A program made the translations under genes and the position numbers. This document shows positions 15,200 to 32,000 of a stretch of 64,000 nucleotides of DNA, piece by piece; within the stretch, counting starts at the first letter, position 1, and each line of letters opens with the position of its first letter. The DNA comes from the human T2T-CHM13v2.0 reference genome, Homo sapiens. Below the pieces are notes generated by a model. It searched no databases and was not told the origin of the DNA. It worked only from the letters and a program-made list of their open reading frames with translations. The stretch lies in the NCBI RefSeq assembly GCF_009914755.1, contig NC_060931.1, one strand, 5' to 3'.

Positions 15200-15212
15200 C
15201 CAAAACACACAC

Positions 15213-15249
<37 letters not shown>

Positions 15250-15560
15250 CCCTCTTGCCCTACTTGCATCCACCATCACCTACAATCTGGTATCCACCCA
15301 CATTCACGTGTACAACCTGCCCTCAGTACTCATTCTTCTTATACTTCTGCATTCCCACACTGAGCCTTACCCTCACACGCCCATACCAACCTTTATCTAT
15401 AGTCCCACACACATGCACGCACACAGAGACACCTCTGCCCTACCCACCCTCACCTACCCCCTTCTACAATCCTGCATATACATGCACACCTTCACCCATA
15501 CATACCCACCCTCGCCTACAAACCTATATCCACGCATATTCATACCTGACCACAACTACC
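15200..15560 (+). repeat. (CA)n microsatellite at about 15204-15243 followed by C/A-rich low-complexity tract
   Basis: Direct reading; G-poor on the plus strand. Confidence 0.85.
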
Positions 15561-15959
15561 TAACCAGCGGTTTGATGCCACACTTTAGAAAGGTTCATAC
15601 ACCCTACTTTTAAAAACCATCATGATTTAGGCTGGAATTAGTAAACTGCTATTTGATTTTACAGATAAAGTTTCAAAAGGTTAAATAATTGAACAAGGTC
15701 ACACTGCTAGCAGTTTCTAAGAGTCCTAAAAAGAACACAGGTGTCTGAAGCTCTGTCCAATGTTCTGTCATTCACATCACAGCTGTCTACATACGTCTCT
15801 TTGAAACAACCTGAACTCTTCTCTCAATATAAAATTGAGGTGAAATACCAAATTAAGGCACATGGGTCCGTTATTGCCAAAGTGATGGATTTCCTGACAA
15901 CCATTCCACCCAGAAGATTTTTTTTCCCAGAACTAATAATCCCATCCCCGTTGCTGGTG

Positions 15960-17270
15960 ATTAACTTAATAACGAGCATGACAATCAACAAACAGATTGA
16001 AAAGGCAACCTACTCAGAATGGGAGAAAATATGAAACCATATACCAGAGATGAAAGTAATATCCAGAATATATAAAGAATTCCTACAACTTGATAACAAA
16101 AACACCCCAATCTAAAAATGGACACAGAATTTAAATAGACATTTCTCCAATGAAGATGGCCACCACACATGTGAAAAGATGCTCAACATCACTAATCATC
16201 AAGGGAAATGCAAATCAAAACCACAATAGCACAATGAGATATCATTTCAGACCCCGTATGATGTTAGGATGGCTACTTTCAAAAAAACAGAAAATAAGTG
16301 TTGGTAAGGAAACACCTGCACACTGTTGATGGGATTATAAAATGGGCAGCCACTATGGAAAATAGTATGGAGGTTCCTAAAAAAACTGCAATTAGAATTC
16401 CCATATGATCCAGTCATCTCCTACTGCATATATATCCAAAAGAATTGAAAGCAGGATCTTGAAAAGATATCTGCTCTCCTATGTTCATGCAGCATTATTC
16501 ACAACAGCCAAGATGTAGAGGTGATTCAAATGTCCATCAGTGAATGAATAGATAAAGAAATGTGGTATATACATACAATGGAATCTTAGCCTAAAAAAGA
16601 AAGAATTCCTGTCATATGCTACAGCATGGATGAACCTTGAGGACCTTATGGTAAGTGAAATGAGCCAATCAGAAAAAGATGGGTGCTAGATGATCCTACT
16701 TATGTGAGGTATCTGAAGTAATAAAACTCATGGAAATGAAAGTAGAATAATGGTTACCAGGGGCTGGGGGAGGGGAAAACACCATGTTGTTCAATGGGTA
16801 TAGAGTTTCAGTCATGCGTGCGGAAAACGTTCTAGAGATCCGTTGTACAACAATGTGCATATCACAACATTACTGAACTGTACACTAAAAAATGTTAAGA
16901 GGGCCAGGCACAGTGGCTCACCCCTGTAATCCAGCACTTTGGGGGGCCAAGGTGGGAGGATCGCTTGAGCCCAGGAGTTGGAGACCAACCTGGGCAACAC
17001 AGCAAGACTTCATTTTTACTAAAAATAAATAAATATATAAATAAAAAATAGCCAGGCATGGTGGCAAACGCCTGTAGTCCCAGCTACTTGAGAGGCTGAG
17101 TTGGGAGGATCCCTTGAGCCCAGTAGTTCCAGGTTACTGTAAGCTATGATCTCGCCACTGCGCTTCAGCCTGGGCAACAGAGCAAGACTGTCTCAGAAAA
17201 AAAAATTGTTAAGAAGATAAAGTTATGTTATGTGTTTTTACCACATTAAATAACAATAACAAAAAAGAAT
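15960..17270 (+). mobile_element. L1M 3' end with an AluJ (16902-17205) inserted near the tail
   Basis: Late ORF2 and 3'UTR similarity; Alu TSD aaaaatgttaaga/aaaattgttaaga. Confidence 0.8.
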
Positions 17271-17980
17271 GAGCATCTGGCCTAATTCTGACGAGTAAAA
17301 TTGGAAGGGAAGTCAGTTGGGGGCTAGGAAATCTTTGCTTGCTCATAAGAAAGTGATTTTAGAAATGATTGCCTGGAACCGTTACATGTATTTTCTTACC
17401 AGTCCGAGGATGAACACACAAGAGATTCACAGGAACAAACCAGACCACTGACTTGCTGCACTGAAGTTGCAATACTTCTGAGACGTAGATCTCCTTATTA
17501 ATCTAGCTCAGTGTTTTGTTACCTGCAGCACAGAAACACTTTCCCTGAAAAACAGATACAACTTTTAAAGCATAATTTTTATTCTTTAGGTATTCTGGTA
17601 AGTGATCTAAACTATATGTCTATTTAAAAAATAAACCTACATTAGACCTAGGATTAATTTATGAATTGGGATTACTTATTTTAAAAATATAGGGAGAACA
17701 TTTAAAGTCAGGTTTATTGAGGTATAATTTATATTCAGCAATCCTCCTTTAAATATACAGTTTGATTTTGGCAAATGCATATTTCTTTATGGATTAGTCT
17801 TTATGCTTATTTACCAAGTAAATAATTATGAAGAAACTATCATAACTGCAGTTTTAATTTAAGGAAAGTTCTCTCCAAATGGGGTAAACTCTTTTAAAAT
17901 AGGTGGCACCAGTTTAATTTCTAAAGGAGCTGTGAAGACATCTGTAGACATAGAGATAAGAGTTCTATTTAGATCAGTAT

Positions 17981-18293
<313 letters not shown>

Positions 18294-18363
18294 TAGATCA
18301 GTATCTTGAGTGCCAGAAAGTGCTCTGTCCACAACCATATTTTTTTGTTTATCATTTTTATTT

Positions 18364-18670
18364 GCAATAACCCAGAACTGTCCTGGTTTTTGTGCTGAAA
18401 GTCTCCAGTCCCAGGAAACTCTGCAGTCCTGGGCAAACCAGGATGGTTGGTCACCCTAGCAACATTTCTCAACCTAGGAACTATTGACATTCTTTGTTGT
18501 GGGGACTGTTATGTGCATTGTAGGAAGATTGCATCATTTGTGACCTCTACCCACTAGGTGGGTCCACTCCCAGTTGTCACTATCAAAAGTGTCTCCAGAT
18601 AGTGTCAAATGTCCCTGGGGGGGCAAAATCACTCAAGGGGGCAAAATCACCAAAATCAGGCATCTGCCCT
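18364..18670. mobile_element. Adjacent MER81-like and MER20-like DNA transposon remnants
   Basis: ggatggttggtcaccct end; ttctcaacc...gtctccagatagtgtcaaatgtccctgggggg. Confidence 0.6.
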
Positions 18671-21488
18671 AGAGGTAAGTGCCCTCACAACTCACACATT
18701 TGAAATTCATAATCTTATTTTCTGTTGCTGTTGTAAAGCAAAAGCAAGTTGATTCTCCTGTTTTTATAGCAGAGGACTTAAAATGCTGAGGAATTGCTTC
18801 CAGACTGTCCCTTTTTGGAGATCCCCCTTCTTCACCCCTCACCCCTGCCCCTTTTTCTTAACATTGCAAATGACCTGACCGATGATTCTAGGTGCATCTT
18901 TCTTGTAGGTTCTGGGAAGCCGTCCTTGTGACCTGTGTCCAGTCTAACTCTCTAGACTTGAAATTCTTTTTCTGTTTGCTACTTCCAATTCTCCCATACA
19001 TATATAGCCATATCATACGATGATATTCTTAAGACACATTTATAGGATTGAATGTGCATGTGTTTTAATGGGATGGTATTTTGTGCACTTTTCTGTTTTT
19101 GCCTTTCTCAGCCAACAATACTACCTGGAAATATCTTCAACAAAATAATACAGCTATAATTTGTTCTTGTTAATAACGGTGTAATATTGCCTGTTATATA
19201 TAGTGAATATACTGTATTTTATATGCCATTTCCCTATTATCTTTCTTTGCCTCAACATGCTCTATTGGAATAAACATCTCTGCACATATATCCTTACCTT
19301 CTAGAGTTCTTTTTCCTGTGGGAGATGTTCCAAGAAACAGGATTACTGGGTCAAAGAATATTTCTAATTCTAACAGATTTGCCACACAGTTTTCTGGAAA
19401 AACTATAGTGGTTTCCATTTCTATTTATATTATTGTTAAAACGACAATGACACAAAACCCCTTTCTATGTATCCCCGATAGAAATAAGTGTTATTGCTCC
19501 ATTTAATGTTTGCCAGTCTGATGAGAGTAAATTCATGTCTCATTGGTGGTTTAATTTGTATTTTCCCAACTAGTGGAGCCTGTACATTGTTTAATGATTG
19601 TAGACTATTTCCATTTTCTTCTCTGTGAAATTTTCTGCTTCTGCTCTTTAACATTTTTCTATAAGAAATTTGTTCTTACAATTTGTAAAAGCTTATCTGT
19701 ATTTATCCTACATGCATATTGCCACCACTCTGTCACTTTTTTCAGATTTAATTTTTCCTTCTCTTGTTTTGATAACATTTGTATTTTCTGGCATTTTTTG
19801 GTCCATTCTTTCATTTCTTGGCCTTCCTTTGCTCTTTTTCCTGTTCTTCTTGTAGACAGTATGTACCTGGGTTTTGTTTCAGCTGAATCTGAAGGTGAGT
19901 CTTTCATGAACGTACTTGTAGGAGTATTATATACTGACCATATTCTTGATATTCCTTCCACAGTACTATATTATTCATTTTTACTTGGTTGTTCACAATT
20001 TCTTTCTTGCTAATTAATTTGTAAGTCCCACAATATTTTTCAATTTTTAGCACTTAGACCTCTGTTTCTCAAAAATATGGTGCCCAATCTTTCTCCCTTC
20101 TGAATGCTTAATTTCCTCACTCTTTATTCCCAATAAGATAAGATCTTTAAAATATTTCTTCATCCCTGCTCCTCTCCTCTCCTAGCCTCCTCTCATTGCC
20201 TTTGAAATGTTTTTACTTTGTTCTTATCCTCAACCCCCTGCTCCTAGGAATTGCTAAGCACCTTTAGTTCTTTTTGTTTAGGACTGTTATTAGAGTATCT
20301 CTGGCATTATGTCTCTTCTATTGCGATGTTCCTTATTTTTACTTATTCTCCATAGCCCCAGACAGTTTGTCATTATCAATTTAAATGTAAATACATTTAC
20401 TTTTCAAAGTTAATTGCTCATTACTCTTCTCCTCTTTTCTTCATAGACCCTTATTTTGAGTACTCTGTTCACATTCATTTATTGTTGGATATCTTTTCTT
20501 GAGTTTTTCCTTAAATCAGATATATTTTCTGAATTCATGCATATGCACAAATCTATGGTTGTTATAGGAGAGTTGGGCTACAGGTCTTTTCTCTTGCTCA
20601 TCTGTGGATGCCACTCTATCTTCTACTATTGCAGATGAGACACTTGTTGCCAATCTCACTAATAGGCAAATTGTGTCTTTTGTCTGAATGCTCATAAGGT
20701 TTTCTCTTTATCCTTGGAGTTCAGGAATTTCTAGAATGTTACTTTGGGGTTTATCGTGTATGGATATATGTGTTTGTCTTCTAATTCTCTAATATTTTTT
20801 CCTCATGAATTGCATCTTTTTTTCTCTGTGCTTTGAAAGGTTTCTTCCACTTGATTTTCCAGGCCACTATTTGTCATTTCCTAGTGCTCCCTACCCTTCC
20901 TGCAGAGCTTTCAATTCAATGCTTATGGGCACTTATTTCCCAAAATAAAAGAAATTTCATATTGAAAATAAACAGATTATCAAGAAGTCATAATAGTCAT
21001 TAGCTTTTATGCCAAAATAGCACAGTCTCAAACTTTATGAAAAGTGATAGAAATATGAGGAAAAATGGATTAATCTACAATCTTTCTGGAGGACTTTTAC
21101 ACATCTCTTTTAGATACCAAAAGATCAATTAGGCAGAAAACAAGAATACAGAAGACTAATATAGCACAATTAGCAAGTAGGATCTAACATACGCATACAA
21201 CTGTGCACCCAACCAAAAAGGAAATGCACGTTCTTTCATATAGAATATCTCTGAAAATTTACCATGTAATAGACCACAAAGGAAGTTGCTCACAAATCCT
21301 GGAAAACAAATACATACGTACATGACACACCTTGTTCACTGAACACTGAACATACCTGTTGAATTCCACAATAGAACTGAAAAAGATTCAACAAAAAAAA
21401 ATTTTAAAGTGTTCTACAGATAGCTGAAAATGTTAAAATATGGGTTTAAATAACTTTTTCGTTAAACAAGGCCTATAAAACTAAACTA

Positions 21489-21794
<306 letters not shown>

Positions 21795-21862
21795 TTGGAA
21801 ATAAGATAATGAAAGTAGTACATTATTAATCATCCAAAGTAGTGTTCAGTGGAAAATTTACA

Positions 21863-22196
<334 letters not shown>

Positions 22197-23657
22197 TAGC
22201 AAAGAAAGATTGAGTATAAATGAGCAAAGAAGCTGGGGAAATAAACAACATAATAAACCCAAATAAAGTAGAATGAAGGGATTTGAGAAATAAATATTGA
22301 AGAAAAATAAAACAAAAAAATCAATTTGAGCTTATTAACAAAATTCAAAGCTAGTTCTTTTAAGATGTCTAATACTATAGAAACATCTTTGGCCTGATAT
22401 ATGAAGGAGAAGAGAGCAAAAGGAAAAGGACACAGTAAATTTAAAAGTATGTTTTAATACAATACAATCTATGGCAGAATGCGTAATTGTTCACAATACT
22501 TTGCATCTCCCTGTATTCATGTCCTTTGTTATGTAAATTCGCAATTCCTCCTGGTAATGGTAAAATATATCCACCTCCATTCATAATATTGTGCTGGACT
22601 GTGTGATTTACTTTGGCAGAAGTGCCAGTGCCAGTTCTGAATCTAGGCCTTAAGGGTATCACATATGTCCACTTATCCCTCTTGTACTTCTTCCATCCCC
22701 AGGAGAAGAATGTGTCTCTGGTAGCCAATTGATCCAAAAAGGATCTGACATTTTCAGATGTGGAACCAAGGCCAGCCAAGCCCAGCCAAGCCCAGCATAG
22801 ATCCGATCCGCCAAAGCCCAACTGTCTTACAGATGTATAAACTGGAATAAATGTTGCTTTATACTTAGTTTGGGGTGGTTTACTACACAGCATTATTATG
22901 TCTATGCTGACTAGCACACTATGTTACCAACACATTGGAAAAAACAGAATATGCACATAATTTTTCTGAAAAATATTTTGGCAAAATAGTCCCAAGAAGA
23001 AGTAGAAAATCTGAACAAATAAATTAACACAAAAGAAAAATTAATGCCAAGTTCTGCCACCACCAAATGACATGTTCTACTATGTCTTCAAAAAGACAGA
23101 TTATTCTTGTCTTATATAAACTATTACAGAACAGGAAAAATGGTGAGAAATGATCCAATTCATTTTTTTAAAAAGGTAGCATAACATTGGTAGCAATGCC
23201 AGACTAGAACAGAAAGAGAAAAGAAAATCATTGATCAAGCTTAACGTACCCAGAAATCCTAAATAGTAGCAAATCAAATCCAGCAGTGAACTTAAAGAAC
23301 GACAGTGACAAGTGCAAGGATGGCACTTTTCTCTGGTAGATGATGCCATGAACAAAATTAAACAAAAATGCCAAACTGTGAAAAAATATTTTCAACATAT
23401 ATAATAGTGTCTAGAATATATTTTTTAAAACTTGTGTAAACCATTGACAGAGAAGAAACTAACCTAATAAAATGAGTACAACATCTAACTAGGGATTTTC
23501 ACAATAGAGGGACTACAAATGGACAATAATACAAAATATTTAATCTTATTAGAAATCAAAGAAACACTAATTCAAAAAATTAGTTATTTTATGCCATCAG
23601 ATAGGTCAAAAATAATCAAATGGGTAATACCAAGTGTTGGAGAGATGTGGGGAAACA

Positions 23658-23961
23658 ATTATTATTATTATTTTTGTTTTGAGACAGAGTCTCACTCTGT
23701 CGCCTAGGCTGGAGTGCAGTGGCATAATCTTGACTCGCTGCAACCTCCACCTCCCGGGTTCAAGTGATTCTTCTGCTTCAGCCTCCTGAGTAGCTGGGAT
23801 TACAGGCGCCCACCATCACACCCAGCTAATTTTTGTATTTTTGGTAGAGATGTGCTTTCGCCATGTTGACAAGGCTGATCTAGAAATCCTGGCCTCAGGT
23901 GATCTGCCTGCCTTGCCTCCTAAAGTGCTGGAATTACAGGCGTGAGCCACTGCACTTGGCC
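23658..23961 (-). mobile_element. AluS SINE
   Basis: Full dimer with (tta)n tail. Confidence 0.92.
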
Positions 23962-25005
23962 TACAACTTCCGTTTGACACTGGTGAGAATATAGTTTGTT
24001 ACAACCTCTTTGTAAAGCAATTTGCCCATATTTGGTAAAGCTGAAAATGAGTATACTTCATGAAGTAATGGTTTGTCTGTAAGTTTATACTGGGGATAAG
24101 TATAAGTTATACTGGGAGGTGGGGGAAGAAAAGATAATTAGTGGGGCCCTGAGGTCTTGAAGGAAAACTGGGCCTCAATTATATGTCATGGAAATATAAA
24201 TCCCATAAGAATATTTTTTAGCTGGTCCACTTTGTGGGAGGCCCCATGTCTTGTTTGGTGATCACATACGTACCTAGAAGCCACAGAGGAAGACGTTCAT
24301 TAAAGTATTGTTTACATAAGCAAAAATCAAAAATAATCTAATGCTAACTATTAAGAGTATGATTAAATAAATGGTATTAAATGCACTGTACATTTATTTA
24401 GTGGAATATTAGGCAACCACTAGTACATGGTTATGAAACCTAAGTAGCACCATAAGAACTTGTTACAATACTTAAAAGCAAAAAAAGCAGCATACAAAAT
24501 AATATTCATACTATGATTACACTTGTGTGAAAAATGCATGCATAGGCAGAAAAAAGATTGAAAAGAAATATGTCAAAAAGATAATGATTGAGTGAAGTTC
24601 ATGCAATTAAGAGTGTTTTTTTTGTTTTTACTTCCCAAATAAACTATAATGTAGCAGTATTAGCTTGCATTTCAAAAAATAATTTAAAAAATATAGAGAC
24701 GTGAATAGAAGATCCATAAACCTTACAAGAATTATAGGGAGAAAAACTACTTACAATTAATTTTTACAGGTGAAAAAATACTAACCTTACATTTATTAAG
24801 AGAGAAGTCAAGATAATACATAAGATATGAACCACAAATTGCACCCCCTCTCTAACAGTTATAATATTATCAGGAAATTTCAAAAAATAAGATGTTCTAC
24901 CTATTTTGGTTAACAATATCTATGAAGTTGTAATGTACTTTATATTCTAATTCTACTGAATACAACTTAGTCCACTTCAAACTGTACACACATTATTAGA
25001 GCCTA

Positions 25006-25262
<257 letters not shown>

Positions 25263-25513
25263 AGGATGTAAATTGCACATAGTGTTGGTTATATGAATGT
25301 TACCTTTCTTCAAGAGTACAATCATTTAATCTTAAATAACATTGCTCCATGGAATCAAATACTTAGATATTTTACAAAATGAAGCAGTTGTTACCAATTA
25401 AAAAAAAAAAAAACCAGGTGACACCATCCCTGGTAAATTGAAGTCTTCCTTTCAAAGGCAGAAGTTCTGTTAAGTGACCTATTAATTGGGATTATTAGTT
25501 GCCTAAGCTACTC

Positions 25514-25580
25514 CCATCCATCCATCCATCCATCCATCCATCCATCCATCCATCCATCCATCCATCCATCTATCCATCCA
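25514..25580 (+). repeat. (CCAT)n tetranucleotide STR, about 16 units with one interruption
   Basis: Direct reading. Confidence 0.97.
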
Positions 25581-25776
25581 TGCACTAATTAATTAAAACA
25601 AATACACACTGGCCGTCTTTTCCATGTCAGGCTCAGAGTGTTGGGCTGTTAAAAAGTTAAATCCCACAAGGGATAGTTCTTTGGAATCATGTACAGTTTT
25701 CACTTCTTGTTTCCCCTGAAGTACATAAAAGTGAGTTGTGTTTACCATACACTTTGAAGAACTTCAAGTCTAATCC

Positions 25777-26084
25777 TTTTTTTTTTTTTTTTTTTTTGAG
25801 ATGGATTCTGCTCTGTCGCCCAGGCTGGATTGCAGCGGTGTGATCTCGGCTCACGGCAACCTCTGCCTCCTGGTTTCAAGCAATTCTCATGCTTCAGCTT
25901 CCTGGGTAGCTGGGATTACAGGCGCGCGCCACCATGTCTGGCTCATTTTTTTTTTTTTTTTTTTTTGTATTTTTAGTAGGGACGGGATTTCGCCATGTTG
26001 TCCAGGCTGGCCTTGAACTCCTAGCCTCAAGTGATCTGCCCTCCCAAATGCTGGGATTACAGGCATGAGCCACTGTGCCTGGCC
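25777..26084 (-). mobile_element. AluS SINE with expanded middle A-tract
   Basis: TSD caagtctaatc. Confidence 0.93.
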
Positions 26085-29000
26085 CAAGTCTAATCTTTTT
26101 CATCCAAGATTCCATATCTCCAAAAATTGGGCACCAATTTACTTTCCCACTTTTTTCCTTCCAACAAGTCTGGGTAATTCCCATGGGATTGTCAGCCTGT
26201 TCTTGTCTGCATTTTTTGTTTGTTCATTAGTTCATCTGTTTATTAACGTTTTGAGTACCTATTATAAAGCTAATGTAAAGCTTGGTGCTCTGGGGTGATA
26301 TGAACAAAATGCAAAAATTAGTTTGCGCTGTTCTGAAGCTTAGAATTAATCACCTCTTCTCTGCGACCCTGAAGTACTTTGTACATGCTCTGGTGCAGCT
26401 TTTTCATACACTGTTAATGGGTTAATCACCCATATATGGTAAATCTCCAGCACCTGGTAAAATAAGTGACTTATATTAGACATCTGTATACTTTGTAAAC
26501 ATATAGTTTATACAGAGAAACATGACATCTACACATGTAATACACATATAATAATACTATCAATACAAGTTATAGTTAGGAGACAAAGTGAGTTGTATTA
26601 ACAGGAAATACTATAACAGTGCTAAGAAAAGGAAAAACCAAATAATTCCTTTGTTCATGCTGTATTTTCATCATTAAATGTCCTTCCTCATCTGTGTTCT
26701 ATTCCATACCCAGCTGAATACTTCTTCTGTGATGTCACCCAAGACTACAGCTCTTATCACGTCTTGATGAATTAAATCTCTTTTTGCAACAACTTATCAA
26801 GTATACATGAATCCTCAATAAAATTATAAAACTTTCGGGCAGTCACTGGTAACATTTGCCTCTATGTCTCTTACAGTATCTTGTAAAAAACAGATCCTCA
26901 GAAATTATGGGATGATTTTGTTTGCCAGATGCATGGAATGAGCTACTTTAAATTTCACATAAAATTCTAAAGTAGACTCTTATGAATAAAATATTGAATG
27001 TAATGCATACATGCTATTTTAACTACTTGTATCTGTGTAATGCTTTACAGTATATAAATGTTTTATATACATTTTACTGCTGGATATTTTAAAATTTGTT
27101 ATTCATGTTTATAATCTTTGTTTTACAGATGATTATAATCAGGTTAATTTAAGTCAAAGTAACTTGCCCCTGGTTTCACTAATAAATAGCCAAGTTAGAT
27201 TTGAATTTAGGTCTTCTCAAACCAAATCTCTTGTTTTCTAATAATATTATATAGTGTACTAAATGTCCACATTAATTTAATTATAGAATACGAAAGCGAT
27301 TAGATTCTGCTTAAGTGGTAACTGACACAAACATCATAAAAAGTAATAGGTTGTTATTAAAAAACAAGTTATTAGCAAAAGGCAAAATTTAGAAAAATTA
27401 GAAAAAGTCATGAATACACTGTGATTATATCAGGGCTAATTTCATTACCTCACACAAAAACAGTTAATTTACAAAGATAGGTTGCTAAAACCTCAGGGTT
27501 TTTTTTTTTTTTTTTTGACAAATTGAAATTTTTAATGTAGACTTCTGCAAGACACTACTAGAAAAAAATATATATAATGAACATTAAAAAATTTAATTCT
27601 CAGAAAAGGATGAAAAACACTGATTTATAAGAAAAGAAAAAGGAGGCCTTAAACTCGGGAAAATTAAAATGGCAGTAAATTGAATGGAAGAAAACGAGTC
27701 TTTAAGGAGTGATCTAGTGCTGTGTCTCACAGGAATATGGAAAAGAGATCACCAACTTGTAGTTTCTATTACTCTATGTTTATTTGTTATTCATTTTTTT
27801 CTACATTAAGTAGCTTTTTTTTATTTTTAGTTTTTAGTTTCAAAATGTGTAGTATTTTATGTTTGGTGATTTTACAGCTAATGTTGCATTTCACTGAAGC
27901 TTGGTCAGTGGTATACTGCCCATATCCACAAGGTGTCATTATAACATTGTATTTGGTTTGAAACCTTTCTTGCATTTTTCACTCATTTGTTTTCGCATTT
28001 ACAGTAAGCTTCAACAAGGACATTTCACAGTGGGTGCCACTGGAGGATGCTAGTTGCTCTGAGGGAAATTGCTAAGGCTAGAGGAGTTTTGAAAAAAGCT
28101 GAAGGCTGGACCAATGAAGCTACTGATGGGCAACACTGACCAGAACTGGAACAATTGGAAGCAATGTTGTTTTCCTCTTTTCTCACCTTTCACTCCCATT
28201 ATGTAACCCTAGTAACAAAACACAATAGGCAGTTAGTGGGCAAGGGAGTCTGGGAAAGATATTCCGCAGAGTCCCAGCACAGAGCAGAGTAGAACAGAGT
28301 AGGATTGGAGCTGAGAGATAGTAAGTAAATAGGCAGCAGAAATATGTCAAGCAACAATACCCCATGTAAGTAGAAGGGGATGGTGGTTGGAATCCTTGTA
28401 TTATTTAGAAGGAGAGTAAAAATGTTGATTCTCTTTAAAATTCAAAAAAGTTAAATATGCATATTACAATTTCTAGGGTACCTACTATAAAGACCAAAAT
28501 AAACTTTCAAAGCAGAAACAGGAAACAAAAATGGGATGAGGGGAAATAGTCCATTAATCCAAGAAAAGGCAAGAAAGGGGAAATTATTATTATAAAGCAA
28601 CATAAAATGAGATATGTGAAATAAATCCAAATATATTAGTAATCACAATCAATTTAAATGGATTGAACTTTCCGGTTAAAATAGATTTGATTTATCAAAA
28701 CAACATAATACAGGCATAAAAAGACATACGAACCAATGGAACAAGATAGAGAACCTAGAATTAAATCCACACATTTACAGTTAGTTGATTTTCAACAAAG
28801 ATGCCAAGAATGTATAATGGGAAAAGGATAGTCTCTGTGTGAAATGATATGTAACCTTTAGTGTCTTCTATCCTTGATGCACATGCTATTTAGAAATCTG
28901 GAAAGCAGTTGGAAATGGAATCATTTATGTCAAGTATAAACATTGATATGATCTTTAGCTTAATTAAAACCACAGGAACAGACCTGAAAAAATAATCAAA

Positions 29001-32000
29001 TTTCCAAGCAGGTACTTGGAAAGTCTATCCTGAGATATCTGATTGATTAGACATCCTGCAAGCAGCAAAGCCTTTCTGTAGCTATCTCTCAGAAGCTAAT
29101 GCTTTTATGTTAGTCACATATGCAATTTCCTCCCGCAGGCTATTTATGAGTTTTTATTTTTATTTTCTAATGGAAAAAATTATTCAACTACATAAACATA
29201 GTTAGCATTAAAAATTATTTTAAATCATATATGAAGAATTTCATTTGTATATTTCTAACATTTGGGTAACCTGTTAGTATAGATTTTATTTCCTTTCTAC
29301 CTTTGTCCTCCTAAATCAGAGAAACAACTTATTTTATCCTGTATTTCAAAGCAGATCAATGACTGAATTCTATAAATACTTCAGAATTATGTTATGTGTG
29401 TGTCTGTGTATGTGTGTATACCCTTATATATACACACATGCATATATCTACATTTATTTCTTTATTCAACTAATATTTACAAGCATGGACTATGTGTAGA
29501 ATAGTCTTAGAGGTACAGGGAGGGCATAGGATAGACAAGACAAAGTTATTGTTCACTGTGTACCTTCATTTATTTTGTATATTCTTCCATATATTTTTAG
29601 GTATCCTTTTAACTCTTTAGGCCCCTTTATAGCTCTAAATATTTCCATCTATTATACATACATGTGTAGTTTGTTTCTCTATTCCTGTCATGAAGACATC
29701 CTATCATTAGTAATGTAATTAATATACATTTGGTGCTTTTTAAAGAAACAATTGACACAAAATAATTGTACATATTTGTGTACATAAGATACAAATACGT
29801 ACATAAATATGTGTACATATTTGGTACTATGTGATGTTTTGATACACATATACATTGTGTGATTATCAAATCAGGGTAATTAGCATATCCATCATCACAA
29901 ACATTTATCATTTTTTTGTAGTAAGAACATTCAAAATGTTCTTTCTAGCTATTTTGAAATATTCAATACATTATTGTTAACTATATTCACTCTACTGTGC
30001 AATAAGACAATAGAACTCATTCTTCCTATCTATTTGTAACTTTATACCCATTGACCGATCCTCCCTATTTCCCCTCCACTTTCTCCTTTCCCCACTTGCT
30101 GGTAACCACTGGTCTATTCACTGCTTTTATGAGATGAACTTTTTAGATTCTACTTATAAGTAAGATCATTTGTCTTTCAGTGTCTGGTTTATTTCAAGTA
30201 ACATAATCTCTTTCATGTTGTCTTATACGACAGGATTTTATTCTTTTTTATAGATGAATAGTATTCCATTATGTTTATATACCACATTTTCTTTATCCAT
30301 TCATCCATGGATTAACACATAAATTGATTTTATATCTTGACTATTGTGAACAGTGCTACAATGAACGTGGAAATGCAGGTATCTCTTTGTTGTGTACTAT
30401 GTACCTTCTAGTCTTAATATGGTAGCTCTATTTTTATATTTTTGAAGAACCTCCATACTGTTTTCCGTAATGGCCATAATAATTTACATTCCCACCAAAG
30501 GTTACAAGAGTTCTCTTTTCTCCATATCCTCTCCAATACTTGTTATCTTTTGTTTTCGATAATAGCCATTCTAACAGGCATGAGGTGATATCTTGTGGTT
30601 TTAGTTTGCATTTCACTTATGATTAGTAATTTGAACATCTTTTCCTATGCTTTCTGGTCATGTGTATGCCTCCTTTTGAGAAATGTCTATTATGGTGTTT
30701 TGCCCATTTTTAAATCATATTATTTGTTTGTTTTGCTATTGAGTTGTTCGAGTTTTTTAGATATTCTGGATATTAACCCCTTGTCATAGGTATAGTTTAC
30801 AAACATTTTTCTCCCATTCTGTAGGTTATCTCTTCTCTCTTGATTGTTCCCTTTGTCCATTTTTTTATATTATTGCCAGAATTTTTGGAGTCATATCCAG
30901 CAAATTATTTCCCAGGCCATTGTCCTGAAATGTTTCTCCAAGTTTTTCTTCCAGTAGTTTCATAATGTCAGGCCTCATGTTTAAGTCTTTAATCCATTTG
31001 GAGGTGATTTTTGTACATGGTGTATGATAGGGATCTAGTTTCAATCTTCTGTGTATGGATATCTAATTTTCCCAGCACCGCTTATTGAAGAGACTGCTCT
31101 TTTCCCCAGTATGGGCATCTTTGTTGAAAATCAGTTGGCTGCAGTTACATGAATTTATTTCTGTGGTCTTTATTCCTTTCCATTGGTCTGTATGTCTGTT
31201 TTTAATGCTTATATCATCCTGTTTTGGTTGTGTTGTGTTTTGGTTGTGACAGGGTGATCCCTATGATATACTGTTTTGTTGTGATGCCACCAGCTTGTTT
31301 TATTTTTTTTCTGCTAAAGAAAAATTTGGTGTATTTTGTTGTTCTATACACATTGTAAGATTTTTTTTCTATTTCTGTGAAGAATGTTGTTGATATTTTG
31401 ATAGGAGTTACATTGACTCTGTAGATCCCTTTGGGTAGTATGGACATTTTAATAATATTAACTATTCCAATCCATGAACATGGGATATCTTTCCATTTAT
31501 TTGTGTTCTGTTCAACTTCTTTTACTTATGTTTTATAGTTTTCGGTGTAGAGATCTTTCACCTTCTTTTAAAATTTATTTCTAAGTACTTTTTTGTATTA
31601 ATAGTTACATGAATGGTATTGTTTTCTTGATTTCTCTTTAAGATAGTTTATTACTGGTATATAGAAATGCTACTAATTTGGGTATGTTGATTTTGTATCC
31701 TACAACTTCACTGAATTTGTTTAAGAGTGCTAATGGTTTTTGGTGGAGTCTTTAGGGTTGTCTACATATACAGTCATGTCATCTGCAAATGAGGACAGTT
31801 TGAATTCTTATTTTCCAATTTGGATACCCTTTATTTGCTTCTCTTGACTAATTGCTATGGCTAAGACTTCCAATACTATGTTGAATAGAAGTGGTGAAAA
31901 TCAGCATCCCTGTCTTGTTCTAGAACTTAGAGAAAAAACTTTCAACTTTTTCTCATTTAGTATCATGTTAACTGTGGGTTTATCATATATGGACCTTGTA

